Virus record (IMG/VR): IMGVR_UViG_2645727680_000010
Source of the DNA: a virus
Taxonomy: Duplodnaviria; Heunggongvirae; Uroviricota; Caudoviricetes
Strand: one strand, 5' to 3'
DNA: 5,700 nt
The notes beneath the pieces were generated by a model. The model was given only the letters and a program-made list of their open reading frames with translations. It did no database searches and was not told the origin of the DNA. Both the position numbers and the translations under genes were made by a program. Of the stretch, positions 5,447-5,700 are shown piece after piece (the stretch's first letter is position 1; every line of letters starts with the position of its first letter).

Positions 5447-5657
5447 TGAAATAGTTAACGCGAATTGTACTTGCTCTTTCGGTTGCTTTCAGAATACGCG
5501 TTGAAACTGCTGGCGGTAATTTGGTATTCCATTTATTAAAATCATGCCCGGGAAAGTACTCTTCGAAAATACTTTTAACTGCAGACTCGCCTATTGAAAT
5601 GCTGCTTACCATGCGATTTTGATAAAGGCATTTAGCAATAAGAGTTGATTTTAACAT
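5424..5657 (-). CDS. Hypothetical protein, 77 aa, convergent with and overlapping the 3' end of the 135-aa gene
   Basis: ATG at 5655-5657 with AGGAGG 4 nt upstream on the - strand. Stop TGA at 5424-5426, overlapping 5424-5446 of the + strand gene by 23 bp. Low GC. No recognised motif. Confidence 0.6.
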   Translation of the reverse strand: MLKSTLIAKCLYQNRMVSSISIGESAVKSIFEEYFPGHDFNKWNTKLPPAVSTRILKATERASTIRVNYFIKDLWDL

Positions 5658-5700
5658 TCACCCTCCTGAGGGTTGGTAATTAAGGAGTTCTCCACGGGTG

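Larger units (their letters stand above)
1..5700. mobile_element. Lambdoid prophage, immunity plus early replication module (partial; neither end is in the window)
   Basis: Gene content and order: divergent XRE repressor / Cro-like pair, then CII-like, replication initiator with internal iterons and small accessory ORFs. No integrase or att site in the window, so boundaries cannot be placed. Confidence 0.7.

Noticed and set aside
1-5700. tRNA, rRNA, integrase, transposase or att sites
   Set aside because: No cloverleaf-like sequence, no rRNA-like conservation, and no translation resembling a tyrosine/serine recombinase or a DDE transposase in any frame.

Overview
This window reads as the immunity and early-replication segment of a lambdoid prophage, probably in an enterobacterium (inference from composition and gene style). 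All family assignments come from reading the translations and from memory of these families; no database search was run. At the centre is a divergent switch: a 135-aa XRE-family repressor on the + strand (DicA-like, 3754-4161) faces a 75-aa Cro-like gene on the - strand (DicC/YdaS-like, 3450-3677), separated by 76 bp that carry an 18-bp palindrome. Leftward on the - strand runs a tightly packed early operon: Cro-like, a CII/YdaT-like regulator (2915-3466), a replication initiator (1903-2943) with an iteron-like array (6 x TTTGGGT) inside its own coding sequence, a hypothetical gene whose 5' end is hidden by a 10-N gap (1477-1875), a two-winged-helix protein (709-1443) and a weak, possibly degraded ORF (268-579). 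Rightward of the repressor, after a 207-bp non-coding spacer with a promoter-like element and a 14-bp palindrome, lies a cassette of small lower-GC ORFs of unknown function (118, 72 and 135 aa on +; 77 aa on -, convergent and overlapping). That cassette occupies the position of the dicB operon in Qin or rexAB in lambda and is the best candidate for an undescribed accessory function. No rRNA, tRNA, CRISPR array, integrase or transposase was seen.
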